Origin: Nitrospirota bacterium
GTDB taxonomy: Bacteria; Nitrospirota; Nitrospiria; Nitrospirales; Nitrospiraceae
Assembly: GCA_963703955.1 (NCBI GenBank)
Contig: CAVPGK010000006.1
Location: forward strand, 64,001 to 128,000
Reading direction: 5' to 3'
Length of the DNA: 64,000 nucleotides
The notes beneath the pieces were generated by a model, which saw only the letters and a program-made list of their open reading frames with translations, did no database searches and had not been told where the DNA came from. Shown here in pieces: positions 1 to 11,960 of the stretch. The position numbers and the translations under genes are program-made. Positions within the stretch are counted from its first letter, which is position 1, and each line of letters begins with the position of its first letter.

Positions 1-1215
1 CGCGCCTTCAAACTGGTAGCCCTGGTTCTCCAAGTTCTTGAGCGTGTTCAGCAACTCTCGGAGCTTGGGATTTTGTTTGGACAGCTTGATCCCGTAGGTC
101 TCGACTTTGCTTCGCAAGCCGCTCCGTCCCGTGTAATCCGAAACGAGCATACGCTGGCGATTCCCCACGAGGTCTGGGACGACATGTTCGTAGGTCGCCG
201 GATTCTTTTGAACAGCATGGATGTGGATCCCGCCTTTATGAGCGAATGCGGCATCACCCACGTATGGTTGGTGCTTGTTCGGCATGAGGTTCGCGATTTC
301 CGTCACAAAATTCGAGACCTCCCTCAGCCGACTCAACCGGCGATGACCCAGCAACGGCCGCTTCATTTTCAATTCCAGGTTCGGCAGAATTGAGCAGAGA
401 TTCGCGTTTCCACACCGTTCGCCGATTCCGTTGATGGTCCCCTGGACCTGGAGAATGCCCGCTTCGATGGCGACCAGTGAGTTCGCGACCGCCATCTCCG
501 TGTCATTATGGGCATGAATGCCCAGTGGTACCGGACACTCCCGCTTGACCGCCACACACATATCTCGAATTTCCCACGGCATTGTCCCGCCATTGGTATC
601 ACAAAGAATCACGCGCTCGGCGCCTGCCTGTACCGCGCGGCGGATCGTCTGGATGGCATAGTCGGAATTCGCTTTATAGCCGTCGAAGAAATGCTCGGCA
701 TCGTAGAACACGCGACGGTTCTTGGACCGTAAATACGCGATTGAGTCGGCGATTAGCTCCAGGTTTCGGGCCAAGGAGATGCCTAACGCTTCGGTGACGT
801 GGAGATTCCAGCTCTTGCCGAACAGCGTAATGATGCCGGTTTCCGCTGCAAGCAAGGCTTGGAGATTCGGATCTTTATGAACGGACTGATCGACTTTCCG
901 CGTAGACCCAAACGCCACGATCGCCGCATGCTTGAGTGGAGTGCCTTTGATGATGCGAAAGAATTCAATGTCCTTTGGATTCGCTCCCGGCCATCCTCCC
1001 TCAATGTACTGCACACCCAGATCGTCAAGTTTTTGGGCGACACGGACTTTATCTTCGGCCGAAAAACTGACGTCTTCCGCCTGCGCGCCATCTCGCAGCG
1101 TCGTATCGTAGATTTCGAGCGAAGGCACGGGATGAGAGGCGAAGGGCTCTGGCTCAGCAGCGTTTTCTTGGCCAGCACCTCTAGGCCTCGCGCTTCTTTT
1201 TGCCTTGTTGTTCAC
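1..1215 (-). CDS. cimA: Citramalate synthase (LeuA family); 5' part only, runs off the window edge
   Basis: Not in the ORF track. Manual translation of both ends: GTG at 1215 (GTGA overlap with lysC stop) gives ...[24 protein letters not shown]..., and the same frame at the window edge reads ...[11 protein letters not shown]...[14 protein letters not shown]. Confidence 0.88.
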   Translation of the reverse strand, partial: MNNKAKRSARPRGAGQENAAEPEPFASHPVPSLEIYDTTLRDGAQAEDVSFSAEDKVRVAQKLDDLGVQYIEGGWPGANPKDIEFFRIIKGTPLKHAAIVAFGSTRKVDQSVHKDPNLQALLAAETGIITLFGKSWNLHVTEALGISLARNLELIADSIAYLRSKNRRVFYDAEHFFDGYKANSDYAIQTIRRAVQAGAERVILCDTNGGTMPWEIRDMCVAVKRECPVPLGIHAHNDTEMAVANSLVAIEAGILQVQGTINGIGERCGNANLCSILPNLELKMKRPLLGHRRLSRLREVSNFVTEIANLMPNKHQPYVGDAAFAHKGGIHIHAVQKNPATYEHVVPDLVGNRQRMLVSDYTGRSGLRSKVETYGIKLSKQNPKLRELLNTLKNLENQGYQFEGA

Positions 1216-2438
1216 GATGTGGCCTCGTCCAAGCCGAATGCTGAATGAAGGGATCGCATCGCAAGCTCCAAATACTTCTCGTCTATCACGCAGGAGATCT
1301 TGATCTCTGACGTGCTGATCATCATGATGTTCACTCTTTCGCGCGAGAGGACCTCAAACATGCGAGCCGCCACGCCGGAATGTGACCGCATGCCAACACC
1401 GACCAAGGACACCTTGGCGATCGATTCCGTCACCGCCATTGACTTCGCGTCGATCTCTTTCGCCACCACCTGCACCAAGTCGACGGCTTTTCGAAGATCC
1501 GCTCGCGGAACCGTAAAGGAGATATCCGTGAGGGACGCCTGGCTCACGTTCTGAATGATCATATCGACGTTGATGGTCGCATCGGCCACTGGCCCGAATA
1601 TGCGTGCGGCAATCCCGGGCTTATCGGGAACCCCGATGATGGTCACTTTGGCCTGATTGCGGTCGCCGGTCACGCCTGATACGATAACCCGTTCCATATC
1701 CGTATCTTCTTTCGTCACGATTGTGCCCTGCCCTTCCTTGAAACTGGATTTCACTTCCAGCATCACGCCGTGCTTGGCGGCGAACTCCACCGAGCGACTT
1801 TGCAAGACCTTGGCGCCCAGGCTGGCCAGCTCCAGCATTTCCTCATACGCCACCTTGTTCAGACGGTGGGCAGAGGGAACGATGTTCGGATCGGCGGTGT
1901 ACACGCCATCGACATCTGTGAAAATGATACACCGATCCGCCTTGAGCGCCGCCGCCAGCGCGACTGCGGTCAGATCCGATCCCCCACGTCCCAGCGTCGT
2001 CACGTCAGAGCGCTCGTTGATCCCCTGAAATCCGGCGACGATCGGAATGATGCCTTCTGCCAGCGCTTCACGAATCCGGTCGGCCGTGACCCGTGCGATA
2101 CGCGCCTTGGTATGCGTCCCATCGGTGATAATCCCCACCTGACGACCGGTGAAGGATCTCGCATTGATACCTCGCCCCCGCAAGTCCATGGCGAGCAACG
2201 CGATCGTGACCCGCTCTCCCGTAGACAGCAACATGTCCATCTCCCGCTCATCGGGAAACGGTGTCACCTCGTGGGCCAGCCCAACCAGCCGGTCCGTCTC
2301 GCCGCTCATCGCAGAGAGTACCACGACCAGGTCGTGCCCGGCCATCCGGGCGTCGGCGACCCGCTCCGCCACGCGGTGAATGCGTTCTACATTCCCGACG
2401 GATGTGCCGCCGTATTTCTGAACGATCAAGCTCATCAT
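1212..2438 (-). CDS. lysC: Aspartate kinase
   Basis: [30 protein letters not shown]; two C-terminal ACT domains. Confidence 0.97.
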   Translation of the reverse strand: MMSLIVQKYGGTSVGNVERIHRVAERVADARMAGHDLVVVLSAMSGETDRLVGLAHEVTPFPDEREMDMLLSTGERVTIALLAMDLRGRGINARSFTGRQVGIITDGTHTKARIARVTADRIREALAEGIIPIVAGFQGINERSDVTTLGRGGSDLTAVALAAALKADRCIIFTDVDGVYTADPNIVPSAHRLNKVAYEEMLELASLGAKVLQSRSVEFAAKHGVMLEVKSSFKEGQGTIVTKEDTDMERVIVSGVTGDRNQAKVTIIGVPDKPGIAARIFGPVADATINVDMIIQNVSQASLTDISFTVPRADLRKAVDLVQVVAKEIDAKSMAVTESIAKVSLVGVGMRSHSGVAARMFEVLSRERVNIMMISTSEIKISCVIDEKYLELAMRSLHSAFGLDEATS

Positions 2439-2441
2439 CCA

Positions 2442-3689
2442 TCAGCCACGAGACAGCAGACGCGTAATGAGTTTCGTCACGTCCCGTCCGCCCGACTTGG
2501 CCGCGACGGCATCGGGTTCACTGAACTCACGCGCCCCCGCTTTCTCCTTCCTGCTTGGCCCTTCCGTCATCGCGTACAGGATCGAAGAGGCGGTGCCAGG
2601 GGGAGTTCCCGGAGCCATTGGACGGTCGCACGCGAGAAGAAGACGATACGCACCCATGGCAGCCAGTCCCTCGACGACCGTGCCGACAATGGCCCGATCA
2701 AACTCCTCAACGATCCTGAGCTTGGCCTTCGGATCCGAATCCTGCGCGACGTCCGACGGCACCTGCGCATGCAGATAAACAAAGTCCTTTTTCTCAAGTT
2801 CCTGAAGGGCTAAGTGGCCGAGCGTTTGAAAATCGGTCCCGCCGACTCGCTGCAACGCGTCCCGATCCACCGCGCTCAGTCCCGCACAAATCCCGATCCC
2901 GCGATGGACATCGCTTGTCGAGACAAGCGACCCAGTAATCTGATATCGTTCGGTGAGACTTGTGAGCTGGGGCGCCCGTCCTTGCCCCCACAACCATATG
3001 CAATGGGCCGGCTTCAAACCAGCCTCTCGGCGCTGATCGTTGACGGGATGATCGCGGAGGATAATCAACGACGCATCCATCAACTTCCGCAGGATGTCCG
3101 ATCCATCGCCGCTCGGGAGACACTCGCCGATCGAACGACCGAGAATCTCGCTCGGATCAAGACAGACCGCCCGCACCTTTCCGCTGACCCAGACCATCAA
3201 ATGGCGATGGCCGGCGCCGGCATAGAACTGAATCGTCTCGGAACCGAGTTGCTCATTGATGGCGTCAATCAGTTCGCGCGCCTCTTCGTTGTCGAGTCCC
3301 CCTGCCGTAGAATCATCCATCATGATGGACGGCCCCAATTTCTTGATCTCTGCCGCGGCGCTTTTGTTCTTCGATGTCCCTGTTCGAAGCGTCACTAAGT
3401 TACATCGAAAGATCGCGTCGTGCTCTCCCATCAGAATTCCTAAGCCGGCGGCTTCGAACGGGGCTGGGCCGGGATATGACTTACGAGGATCGTAGCCCAA
3501 GAGCGACAATTCGGTCACATCACTGTTGGGAACCAAGCCGTCCGCTTGGATCGCAACGGTCCCCAACTCTCCATGGGCCGCAACCGCATCCATGTTCGGC
3601 GTGGCGGCCGCCTGGAGCGGCGTCTTCCCCCCCAATGTCTGGTGTGGAACATTCGCGATTCCGTCGCCATGAAGTAGGACGTATTTCAT
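2442..3689 (-). CDS. ApgM-like cofactor-independent phosphoglycerate mutase / proposed homoserine kinase family protein with degenerate metal site
   Basis: GKTPLQAAATPNMD, SDV..LSLLGYDP, FRCNLVT, IWLWGQG; lies between thrC and lysC. Confidence 0.85.
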   Translation of the reverse strand: MKYVLLHGDGIANVPHQTLGGKTPLQAAATPNMDAVAAHGELGTVAIQADGLVPNSDVTELSLLGYDPRKSYPGPAPFEAAGLGILMGEHDAIFRCNLVTLRTGTSKNKSAAAEIKKLGPSIMMDDSTAGGLDNEEARELIDAINEQLGSETIQFYAGAGHRHLMVWVSGKVRAVCLDPSEILGRSIGECLPSGDGSDILRKLMDASLIILRDHPVNDQRREAGLKPAHCIWLWGQGRAPQLTSLTERYQITGSLVSTSDVHRGIGICAGLSAVDRDALQRVGGTDFQTLGHLALQELEKKDFVYLHAQVPSDVAQDSDPKAKLRIVEEFDRAIVGTVVEGLAAMGAYRLLLACDRPMAPGTPPGTASSILYAMTEGPSRKEKAGAREFSEPDAVAAKSGGRDVTKLITRLLSRG

Positions 3690-3702
3690 CGCCTTGATCC
3701 CC

Positions 3703-4761
3703 TCACACCCTCAGGAGCCGCTCCACGTCATCACGGGTCGCCTTGACCGTCCGCGGCGGACGCGATACCCCGATCGCCGTGTCGGCATCCTTCAACCCGT
3801 GGCCCGTCAACGTACAGACCACGGTCTCTCCTTCCTTCAATATGCCGTTCCTCTGCATCTTGATCACCCCTGCGACCGAGGCCGCCGACGCCGGCTCGCA
3901 GAAGACCCCTTCCTCGGCGGCGACCAATCCATAAGCATGGAGAATCTCCTCGTCCGTCACCATATCGATCTTGCCGGTCGATTCCTCCACAACCCGAATG
4001 GCCGACTCCCAACTGGCCGGATTACCGATCCGGATCGCGGTGGCCACCGTCTGAGGATCTTCGACCACGCGACCGAGCACGATCGGAGCCGCACCGGCCG
4101 CTTGAAATCCGAACATCCTCGGCGCGTGCGCGATCTGGCCAGCGGCCCGGTATGTGGTGTACCCACGCCAATAGGCCGTAATGTTGCCCGCATTGCCGAC
4201 CGGCAAGACATGTACCGCCGGGGCGAAGCCAAGTTGGTCGCACACTTCCATCGCCGCAGTCTTCTGTCCTTCGATCCGAAACGGATTGATCGAGTTGACT
4301 AATTCGATGTTGTGCGTCGCCGACAGATCTTTGACAATGGTCAAGGCTTGATCGAAATTGCCTTCGATCTGGATGACGGTCGCTTGGTGCATCATCGCCT
4401 GGGACAACTTCCCCAGCGCGATCTTTCCAGCCGGGATCAGTACGTAGACCGCCATACCGGCTCGGGCGCCATAAGCCGCCGCGGAGGCCGAGGTGTTGCC
4501 GGTCGACGCGCAGATGACCGCCTGGGCTCCCGCCTCCAGAGCCTTCGAAATCGCCAGGGTCATCCCGCGGTCCTTAAAGGACCCGGTGGGATTCGCCCCT
4601 TCGAACTTCAGGTACAGTTCGACGCCGGGAGCAATCTTCCGCGCAAGGCCCGTGGCATGAATCAGCGGCGTATTCCCCTCGCCCAACGTGACGACAGGAG
4701 TCCGCTCCGTCACCGGAAGAAACTTACGGTACTCTTCAATCACCCCACGCCAGCGGATCAT
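3703..4761 (-). CDS. thrC: Threonine synthase
   Basis: [21 protein letters not shown] (PLP Lys), [21 protein letters not shown] at 4761 taken as start. Confidence 0.97.
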   Translation of the reverse strand: MIRWRGVIEEYRKFLPVTERTPVVTLGEGNTPLIHATGLARKIAPGVELYLKFEGANPTGSFKDRGMTLAISKALEAGAQAVICASTGNTSASAAAYGARAGMAVYVLIPAGKIALGKLSQAMMHQATVIQIEGNFDQALTIVKDLSATHNIELVNSINPFRIEGQKTAAMEVCDQLGFAPAVHVLPVGNAGNITAYWRGYTTYRAAGQIAHAPRMFGFQAAGAAPIVLGRVVEDPQTVATAIRIGNPASWESAIRVVEESTGKIDMVTDEEILHAYGLVAAEEGVFCEPASAASVAGVIKMQRNGILKEGETVVCTLTGHGLKDADTAIGVSRPPRTVKATRDDVERLLRV

Positions 4762-4811
4762 GGGAAACACATCCCGTGGTGAGCGTAAGTGAAACAGCGG
4801 GGGCACATACG

Positions 4812-6125
4812 TTACTCGTCGTGCCCCTCGACGCGGATTAACGTGGTGGGCTCCGAAACGAATGCCATACGGTTGATATCCCGAAGTGCGGCCTGCACAT
4901 TCCGTTCAATCGCCGTATGGGTCATGATGACGACCGGCACCGTCTGACCCTCCTTGCGTCCCTTTTGCAGAACCGAGGAAATGCTGATGCCGTGCTGTCC
5001 CAACACACCGGAGATCTGCGAGAGCACACCTGGACGATCCACGACCATGAACCGCAAGTAATACAGCGACGCGATCTCCTCCATCGGACGGATTCTCAGC
5101 GGGCGACGCTGGTCGCGCTGAAACGAGGCGGGTGGGACCCTACCGGAGGCTCCGGTCAACAGATTTCTGGCGATGTCGATCACATCGCTTGCGACGGCGC
5201 TGCCGGTCGGGAGCGACCCGGCGCCCTGACCGTAGAGGACGATATCGCCCACCGCGTCGCCCACGAGTTGGATGGCGTTATAGACGCCTTCGACCTGCGC
5301 CACCGGAGAGTCGGATGGAATCATCGTCGGGTGCACCCTGGCTTCGATTTCGCTCTCCAAGAACTTCGCAATGCCAAGTAGTTTCACCGTGTAGCCAAAC
5401 TCCCGCGCATATGCAATATCGAGCGGGGTCAGATGAGTAATGCCCTCCGTGTAGATCTCTTTAAAATTGACCGGGGTCCCGTACGCCAGCGTGACCATGA
5501 TAGAGAGTTTGTGCGCGGAGTCGATACCGTCCACATCGAACGTCGGGTCCGCTTCGGCGTATCCGGCGCGCTGCGCCTCTGCGAGCACCTCTGCGAACCC
5601 ATGTCCCTCCCTCGTCATGCGACTGAGGATATAGTTAGAGGTCCCGTTGATGATGCCGTACATGGAGCGGATGGCATTCGCCGCGAGCCCCTGCGCAAGG
5701 GCGCGGATGATCGGAATGCCGCCCCCGACGCTGGCCTCGAATCCCAGATCGACATGATGGCGCGAGGCCGCCTCGAAAAGTTCTTCCCCATGAACCGCCA
5801 GGAGCGCCTTGTTGGCGGTTACCACCTGCTTGCCCTTCGCCATCGCCTCCAGAATGACCTGTTTAGCCGCGTCGTACCCGCCCATCAACTCCAACACGAT
5901 ATCGATCGAGGGATCATCCAGTACCGCCCGCAGGTCAGCGGTCAGCACGCCGTTAGGCAACCGAACACCACGGTCCCGTTTCGTGTCCAAGTCGGCCACC
6001 CGAACCAGGTTCACGGGAACACCGACCCGGCGCCTGATGAGCGCGGCGTTCTCGATTAGGACCTTGGCCACTCCTGTCCCCACCGTTCCGAACCCGATGA
6101 GGCCGACTGACACCGAAGATTTCAT
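4812..6125 (-). CDS. hom: Homoserine dehydrogenase with C-terminal ACT domain
   Basis: [43 protein letters not shown]. Confidence 0.97.
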   Translation of the reverse strand: MKSSVSVGLIGFGTVGTGVAKVLIENAALIRRRVGVPVNLVRVADLDTKRDRGVRLPNGVLTADLRAVLDDPSIDIVLELMGGYDAAKQVILEAMAKGKQVVTANKALLAVHGEELFEAASRHHVDLGFEASVGGGIPIIRALAQGLAANAIRSMYGIINGTSNYILSRMTREGHGFAEVLAEAQRAGYAEADPTFDVDGIDSAHKLSIMVTLAYGTPVNFKEIYTEGITHLTPLDIAYAREFGYTVKLLGIAKFLESEIEARVHPTMIPSDSPVAQVEGVYNAIQLVGDAVGDIVLYGQGAGSLPTGSAVASDVIDIARNLLTGASGRVPPASFQRDQRRPLRIRPMEEIASLYYLRFMVVDRPGVLSQISGVLGQHGISISSVLQKGRKEGQTVPVVIMTHTAIERNVQAALRDINRMAFVSEPTTLIRVEGHDE

Positions 6126-7309
6126 CGATTCGTCCCATCCAACTTGAGAGCCTTTTTGATTCCTCGCACGGCTTGGCGGGTCCGGTGCTCATTTTCCACC
6201 AGCGCGAAACGCACGTATTCGTCGCCGCCTTCTCCGAAACCGATTCCGGGTGACACCGCAACCTTCGCCTCGTGAAGGAGCATCTTTGAGAATTCGAGCG
6301 AGCCCATTCCACGATACGCCGCCGGAATCCTCGCCCATACGAACATGGTAGCCCGGGGTCTCTCGACACCCCACCCGATACGATTCAGTCCGCCGACGAG
6401 GACGTCTCGGCGCCGCTGATAGCGGCTGACGGTCTCCTTCACACAGTCCTGCGGCCCATTGAGCGCAATGATACTCGCTATCTGGACCGGCTGGAAGATG
6501 CCGTAATCGAGGTAGCTCTTGATCTTCGCCAAGGCACCGATGATCTCGCGGTTTCCGACACAGAAGCCCACCCGCCAGCCCGGCATGTTGTAACTCTTCG
6601 AGAGCGTGAAAAACTCCACCCCGATATCTTTGGCCTCGGGAACCTGCAAGAGGCTCGGCGCACGGTAGCCATCAAATACCAGGTCGGCGTAGGCAAGGTC
6701 ATGGATCACCATCACGTCATGTTCCTTGGCAAATGTCACGACCTTCTTGAAAAATTCCAGATCGACGACGGCAGTGGTCGGATTATGAGGGAAGTTGATC
6801 ACCAGGATTTGGGGCCTAGGGAGCGTTTGTCGATAGACTCGCATAAGGTCATCAAAAAAGTCACTGTCTTGCCGCAACTCGATTCCCCGGACCTCTCCAC
6901 CGGCGATGATCACGCTGTACATGTGAATGGGGTAGGTCGGCGTCGGCGTCAGAACCACGTCGCCGGGTCCGATCATCGCAAGGGCAAGGTGGGCAATCCC
7001 TTCCTTTGAACCGATCGTGACAATCGCTTCGGCTTCGGGATCGAGATCGACATCATACCGGCGCTTGTACCAGCCCGTAATAGCATGACGGAGCTTGGTG
7101 ATTCCCTTTGACGCTGAATAGCGGTGATTCTTGCCATTCCGGGCGACCTCAATCAACTTATCGACGATATGAGGGGGCGTCGGCTGATCAGGGTTCCCCA
7201 TCCCGAAATCAATAATGTCTTCCCCTCGATGCCTGGCATCCAGCTTCAGAGCCTGAACCTGTGCAAACACGTAAGGCGGAAGCCGTTTGATGCGATAAAA
7301 GCTGTCCAC
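6122..7309 (-). CDS. alaC: Class I/II PLP aminotransferase (AlaC / LL-DAP aminotransferase-like)
   Basis: [40 protein letters not shown] at 7309 taken as start. Confidence 0.8.
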   Translation of the reverse strand: MDSFYRIKRLPPYVFAQVQALKLDARHRGEDIIDFGMGNPDQPTPPHIVDKLIEVARNGKNHRYSASKGITKLRHAITGWYKRRYDVDLDPEAEAIVTIGSKEGIAHLALAMIGPGDVVLTPTPTYPIHMYSVIIAGGEVRGIELRQDSDFFDDLMRVYRQTLPRPQILVINFPHNPTTAVVDLEFFKKVVTFAKEHDVMVIHDLAYADLVFDGYRAPSLLQVPEAKDIGVEFFTLSKSYNMPGWRVGFCVGNREIIGALAKIKSYLDYGIFQPVQIASIIALNGPQDCVKETVSRYQRRRDVLVGGLNRIGWGVERPRATMFVWARIPAAYRGMGSLEFSKMLLHEAKVAVSPGIGFGEGGDEYVRFALVENEHRTRQAVRGIKKALKLDGTNR

Positions 7310-7373
7310 ATTGCCTCGACGATTTAAGGGACGTCGACGGATCCGGGTATGCTGCACCTTTGCGAAAAGCTTG

Positions 7374-7402
7374 ATTTTAATGCACCCTCCTGAGGCAGTC
7401 AA
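7374..7402 (-). promoter_or_regulatory. sigma70-type promoter for the alaC-hom-thrC operon
   Basis: TTGACT-N17-TAAAAT on the minus strand. Confidence 0.6.
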
Positions 7403-7592
7403 TTTTATTTCAATGTTCAAGGACGTGCACGGTTCCTCGGAGTTCGCAGCACCTCGAGGACCCTGCCTTGAGGGGTCTCACAAGGACGAGCGTGCCAATG
7501 TGACGCCGCTTCACCCTTGTCACGCCTGCGCTATTTTGCCATAATGCCATCTAACCTTTTGCAAACACTCACAGAATCAAACCAGAGGTCCC

Positions 7593-8306
7593 ATGGCCAG
7601 ATTGGGCGTGAACATCGATCATGTAGCCACGTTGCGTCAAGCTCGAGGGGGGAATGAACCGGATCCAGTCGCCGCCGCCGTGCTCGTCGAACTAGGAGGG
7701 GCCGACGGCATTGTCGTGCACTTGCGGGAAGACCGTCGCCACATCCAGGACCGTGATTTGACGCTTCTGCGGCAGACTATTCAGACCAAATTGGATTTGG
7801 AATTGGCCGCCGAAGAATCGATGGTCAAGAACGCGCTGCAGTTGAAACCTCATCTGGTCACACTCGTACCGGAACGCCGCCAGGAGCTGACGACGGAGGG
7901 CGGACTAGATGTCTCGGCTCAGCGGGACCGGGTCAAAGCTTTTGTGGACCTTCTTCACGACGGTGGTATTTCTGTCAGCCTGTTCATCGAACCGGACCTC
8001 AATCAGGTCAAAGCCGCGCACAAGATTGCGACGGATTACGTTGAGCTTCACACCGGGCAGTACGCCAATGCCCGCTTGTTAAAAGAAGAGGACGCGGCGC
8101 TGGAAGCTATCGTCCAAGCGGCCACCCTAGCCTCTAAGCTAGGCATCGGGGTCAATGCGGGACATGGACTGACCTATCGGAATGTCAAACGGCTCATGCA
8201 GATTCCTGAAATCGTCGAGTTCAACATTGGCCACAGTATCATGGCTCGGGCCATTTTAGTCGGGCTCGAGCGGGCGGTGCGAGAGATGAAGCACCTTGTC
8301 AGCTAG
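7593..8306 (+). CDS. pdxJ: Pyridoxine 5'-phosphate synthase
   Basis: [45 protein letters not shown]. Confidence 0.98.
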   Translation: MARLGVNIDHVATLRQARGGNEPDPVAAAVLVELGGADGIVVHLREDRRHIQDRDLTLLRQTIQTKLDLELAAEESMVKNALQLKPHLVTLVPERRQELTTEGGLDVSAQRDRVKAFVDLLHDGGISVSLFIEPDLNQVKAAHKIATDYVELHTGQYANARLLKEEDAALEAIVQAATLASKLGIGVNAGHGLTYRNVKRLMQIPEIVEFNIGHSIMARAILVGLERAVREMKHLVS

Positions 8307-8321
8307 GCTCGTCAAGACACC

Positions 8322-8708
8322 ATGACAATCGTCGGAATCGGCCTGGACCTGGTACGAATCGATCGCATCCAAGCTATAGCGGAGCGATGGCAAGATCGAT
8401 TCTTGCGGCGGCTCTACACCGAGGAGGAACGGCGGCTCTCTTCCCGACGCACGTCTCCCTACTCATTTCTGGCCGGGCGATTTGCCGCGAAAGAAGCCAT
8501 TCTAAAGGCATTGGGCACCGGTTGGTCCGCCGGTATCCGATGGTTGGATATCCAGGTTCTCAACGATGGGACCGGTCGCCCAGTGGCCACCGTGGACGGA
8601 CGCGCCAGAACCTTGATGAGAGAGGCCGGGATCACCGGCATTCTCATCAGCCTATCTCATGATGGGGAGTACGCGATTGCGGAGGCGCTCCTCACCAGAG
8701 ACCCGTAA
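8322..8708 (+). CDS. acpS: Holo-[acyl-carrier-protein] synthase
   Basis: GIGLDLV, AGRFAAKEA, ISLSHD. Confidence 0.96.
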   Translation: MTIVGIGLDLVRIDRIQAIAERWQDRFLRRLYTEEERRLSSRRTSPYSFLAGRFAAKEAILKALGTGWSAGIRWLDIQVLNDGTGRPVATVDGRARTLMREAGITGILISLSHDGEYAIAEALLTRDP

Positions 8709-8769
8709 CCGCAAAGGTCGCCGGGCCCCTGTGCTGCGCGACCCTGTCGTTCATTCCGCGTTCTCTTCG

Positions 8770-10335
8770 ATGAAAATCGTCACCGCCGCTCAGATGCAAG
8801 CCCTCGACCGACGAACCATCACGGAGGCCGGTATCCCCGGCCTGACCTTGATGGCTCATGCGGGGAGCGGGGTAGTGCGCGCGATGGAACAGGTCCTAGG
8901 CTCATTGGCCGGCAAAACCGTATCGATCTTCTGCGGCAAGGGGAACAACGGCGGGGACGGCTTCACGATTGCACGGCTTCTCCGTGCCAAACGAGCCTCC
9001 GTGCAGGTCGTCCTCGTGGCAAAGACGACGGACTTGAAGGGTGACGCCAAGACCATGTATCGGCGATTCATCAAGGCTGCAAGGACCTCAACGCTTCATA
9101 TCTCACCTTCTTTGGATCGGATGCGTGCGTTGCTTCGGAACAGTGACGTCATTGTCGATGCCCTCCTAGGAACCGGACTTTCTGCAACGGTCACCGGTCC
9201 CTATCGCGCTGCCATCGACGCCATCAACGAGATCAGCATGGAGACCGGCCTTCCGATCACGGCGGTCGATCTTCCCTCCGGCATCCACGCCGATTCGGGT
9301 GCCGTCCTGGGTGCTGCCGTCCGGGCCTCGCTCACGGTGACGTTTGGCCTGCCCAAATTGGGCCTGTATGTGGGGGATGGCATCGACCATGCCGGAGATA
9401 TCCGGATTGTCGACATCGGGATCCCTGAGAGCTATGTGGAAAAGGTGGAGAGCCGCATCACTCTTATTTCGCCTGGCCACGTCCATCGTCTTCTTCCCCG
9501 ACGTATGCCGTCCGCTCACAAAGGGACCTTTGGCCATGCGGGCATCATCGCGGGATCGGTCGGCAAGACCGGCGCCGCCGCGCTGACAGCCAAAGCCGCG
9601 TTACGGGTAGGAACCGGACTCGTCACCGTCGCAACGCCGGCCGGAGTCAACCAGACGCTTGAGGCCAAACTGCTCGAGGCCATGACCATTCCCATGCCGG
9701 ACACCGAAGCGCAAACGCTCTCGTTTTCAGGCCTTGACCGTCTTGTCGCCTTCGCCAGCGAGCGGAGTGCGGTCGCGATCGGTCCCGGTCTATCGACACA
9801 TCCGGAAACTATCAACCTGGTTCGTGCCTTGATCGGACGCTTGGAAAAACCTTTCGTGTTGGATGCGGATGCCCTGAACGCGCTGGCGGGAGCGACTGAC
9901 CTGCTGACGACGTGCAAGATCCCCCCGATCCTAACCCCCCATCCTGGTGAAATGGCGCGATTGGGAAAGCACACCAGCGCGCGAATCGTCAATGCTGATC
10001 GAATCGGCACAGCCACCCGATTTGCACAGCAGTATGGCGTCGTTCTCGTCCTCAAAGGCGCGCGAACCGTGGTAGCCGGTCCCGATGGGCGCGCTGCAAT
10101 CTGCCCGACTGGCAATCCAGGGATGGCGACTGCCGGAACCGGGGATGTCCTGACAGGCATCATCGTCGGCTTGCTAGCCCAGCGACTGAGCGCATGGGAC
10201 GCGGCGCGCGCCGGCACCTATATCCACGGATTGGCCGGAGACTTGGCAGCAGCGAACCTGGGACGCATCGGAATGACGGCCGGAGACCTGATTGACCAAA
10301 TCCCTTATGCCATCGCACACTCATTCACATCGTAG
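8770..10335 (+). CDS. nnr: Bifunctional NAD(P)H-hydrate epimerase/dehydratase
   Basis: CGKGNNGGDG, DALLGTG, HKGTFG, LDADAL, TPHPGEM, ATAGTGDVL; ATG at 8770. Confidence 0.95.
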   Translation: MKIVTAAQMQALDRRTITEAGIPGLTLMAHAGSGVVRAMEQVLGSLAGKTVSIFCGKGNNGGDGFTIARLLRAKRASVQVVLVAKTTDLKGDAKTMYRRFIKAARTSTLHISPSLDRMRALLRNSDVIVDALLGTGLSATVTGPYRAAIDAINEISMETGLPITAVDLPSGIHADSGAVLGAAVRASLTVTFGLPKLGLYVGDGIDHAGDIRIVDIGIPESYVEKVESRITLISPGHVHRLLPRRMPSAHKGTFGHAGIIAGSVGKTGAAALTAKAALRVGTGLVTVATPAGVNQTLEAKLLEAMTIPMPDTEAQTLSFSGLDRLVAFASERSAVAIGPGLSTHPETINLVRALIGRLEKPFVLDADALNALAGATDLLTTCKIPPILTPHPGEMARLGKHTSARIVNADRIGTATRFAQQYGVVLVLKGARTVVAGPDGRAAICPTGNPGMATAGTGDVLTGIIVGLLAQRLSAWDAARAGTYIHGLAGDLAAANLGRIGMTAGDLIDQIPYAIAHSFTS

Positions 10336-10969
10336 CGAGCAGCGTTCGGTATCTCAGGGTCAAGCCGCTGAGAAACAACCCCAACGGGCTCCTCGAAGCA
10401 GGTCGCCGCAGCGATGGACATATCGGTCTCAATCGGCCATTGACACCGACCGGTTGGGGCAGGTGCTTGGACGGTCATCGCGCGGCGGTGACATGATAGC
10501 GCTGTACGGAGATCTTGGAAGCGGAAAGACGTGCCTCGTGCGTGGGATCGCCGACGGATTGGATGCACCCCGTCGTGCCGTGAGCAGCCCGACGTTCGTG
10601 TTTGTCCACACATACGACGGCCGGCTGCCCCTGATACATGCGGACCTCTATCGGCTGGACACGACCACGGATCTGCACCATCTGGGCTTGGAGGAGTACT
10701 TCGATGAGCGGACTGTGGTAGCTGTCGAATGGGCGGAGAAAGCGCAGAGTGCACTACCTTCCGATCATCTGGAGATTCATCTCGGACATCTCAACAGAAC
10801 AAGCCGATCTGTCTCTTTCCACGCCACGGGGTCACGATCCTCCGAACTTCTTCAGCAAGTGATCAGGGCGAACGCAGAGCACGAACGCGCGTGTGATTCC
10901 AAGAGGCGTATGGTCTCCGCACGGTCTGAGGCACCGAACCCTCCTCGTCGCAAGGCGGAGTGCCGCTGA
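10292..10969 (+). CDS. tsaE: tRNA threonylcarbamoyladenosine biosynthesis ATPase (start uncertain)
   Basis: LYGDLGSGKT, VSSPTF, HADLYRL, VEW. Confidence 0.92.
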   Translation: MTKSLMPSHTHSHRSEQRSVSQGQAAEKQPQRAPRSRSPQRWTYRSQSAIDTDRLGQVLGRSSRGGDMIALYGDLGSGKTCLVRGIADGLDAPRRAVSSPTFVFVHTYDGRLPLIHADLYRLDTTTDLHHLGLEEYFDERTVVAVEWAEKAQSALPSDHLEIHLGHLNRTSRSVSFHATGSRSSELLQQVIRANAEHERACDSKRRMVSARSEAPNPPRRKAECR

Positions 10970-11628
10970 TGAAAGTGATCTGGGCCCCTTGGCGCATGGC
11001 CTATATCAAAGACTCCCGCAAGCCAGCCGCCTGCATCTTTTGCACGAAGGCTCGGGGGCGGCGCGATGCGACCAACCTGTTGCTCCACCGCAGCCAACAC
11101 GGCTTTGTCATGATGAACCTGTTCCCGTATAACAGCGGGCATCTCATGGTGGCGCCATACCGTCATGTTAATAACCTGGAGGTCCTCTCGCCTGAATCCT
11201 CGTTGGATCTGGTCGCGCTGATGAATCTCTCTCTGAAGGTGTTGCGATCTGAGATCGGGCCCGAAGGCTTTAATGTTGGCATCAACCTGGGACGTGTCAG
11301 CGGGGCTGGTATCGAAGAACACGTCCACGTGCATATTGTTCCTCGCTGGAGCGGCGATACGAACTTCATGCCGGTGTGCTCCGATACTCGGGTGATCCCC
11401 GAGCACTTGAGTGCGACGTATCGCAAGCTTCGAGCACGGTTTCGCCTCATGACCTCAGAGAAAAAGACGGCCGCTCAACTTCCTTCCGGGTCTCGCGGCG
11501 GCATGAAGGCGGGAAACCATCGTCATAAGCCGACCGGGCTGGACGCACACATTCGACGTCCTCCGTCCACGGCACCGCTCTCACACCACCGATCGCGATC
11601 TCGAAAAAGAACGGTGAAAGGCTCATGA
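10969..11628 (+). CDS. HIT-family hydrolase (Ap4A phosphorylase/FHIT-like)
   Basis: WAPWRMAYI, CIFC, NLFPYNSGH, HVHVHIVPRW.GDTNFM. Confidence 0.92.
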   Translation: MKVIWAPWRMAYIKDSRKPAACIFCTKARGRRDATNLLLHRSQHGFVMMNLFPYNSGHLMVAPYRHVNNLEVLSPESSLDLVALMNLSLKVLRSEIGPEGFNVGINLGRVSGAGIEEHVHVHIVPRWSGDTNFMPVCSDTRVIPEHLSATYRKLRARFRLMTSEKKTAAQLPSGSRGGMKAGNHRHKPTGLDAHIRRPPSTAPLSHHRSRSRKRTVKGS

Positions 11629-11960
11629 TCCGACTCGTTCTGGTCTGTATCATTCTGTTACTCTCCCTGTCATTCTTTCTTCAAAATCAGGAAGAAGAAG
11701 TCACGCTTCATTATTTCTTCGGCCTACAGTCCGCGTCTACCCCTATCAACAAACCCATCCTCAGTGCATTCGCCATCGGACTTCTGGTCGCCTTGATTCT
11801 CTTGTTCCCCGCATGGGTCCGGGGCAGGATCGAACTCAGGCGAAAAACCAAGGCCCTACAGGAAGCCGAGACCGATTTGGAGCGCCTACGCAGAGAAAAA
11901 GGAGTCACTCCGTCGTTAGTGTCGGGAAGCCGCCAAGGTGAGGGATCTACCGATGCATGA
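11625..11960 (+). CDS. LapA-family (DUF1049) membrane protein
   Basis: F..QN motif, two TM helices, C-terminal coiled coil. Confidence 0.75.
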   Translation: MIRLVLVCIILLLSLSFFLQNQEEEVTLHYFFGLQSASTPINKPILSAFAIGLLVALILLFPAWVRGRIELRRKTKALQEAETDLERLRREKGVTPSLVSGSRQGEGSTDA

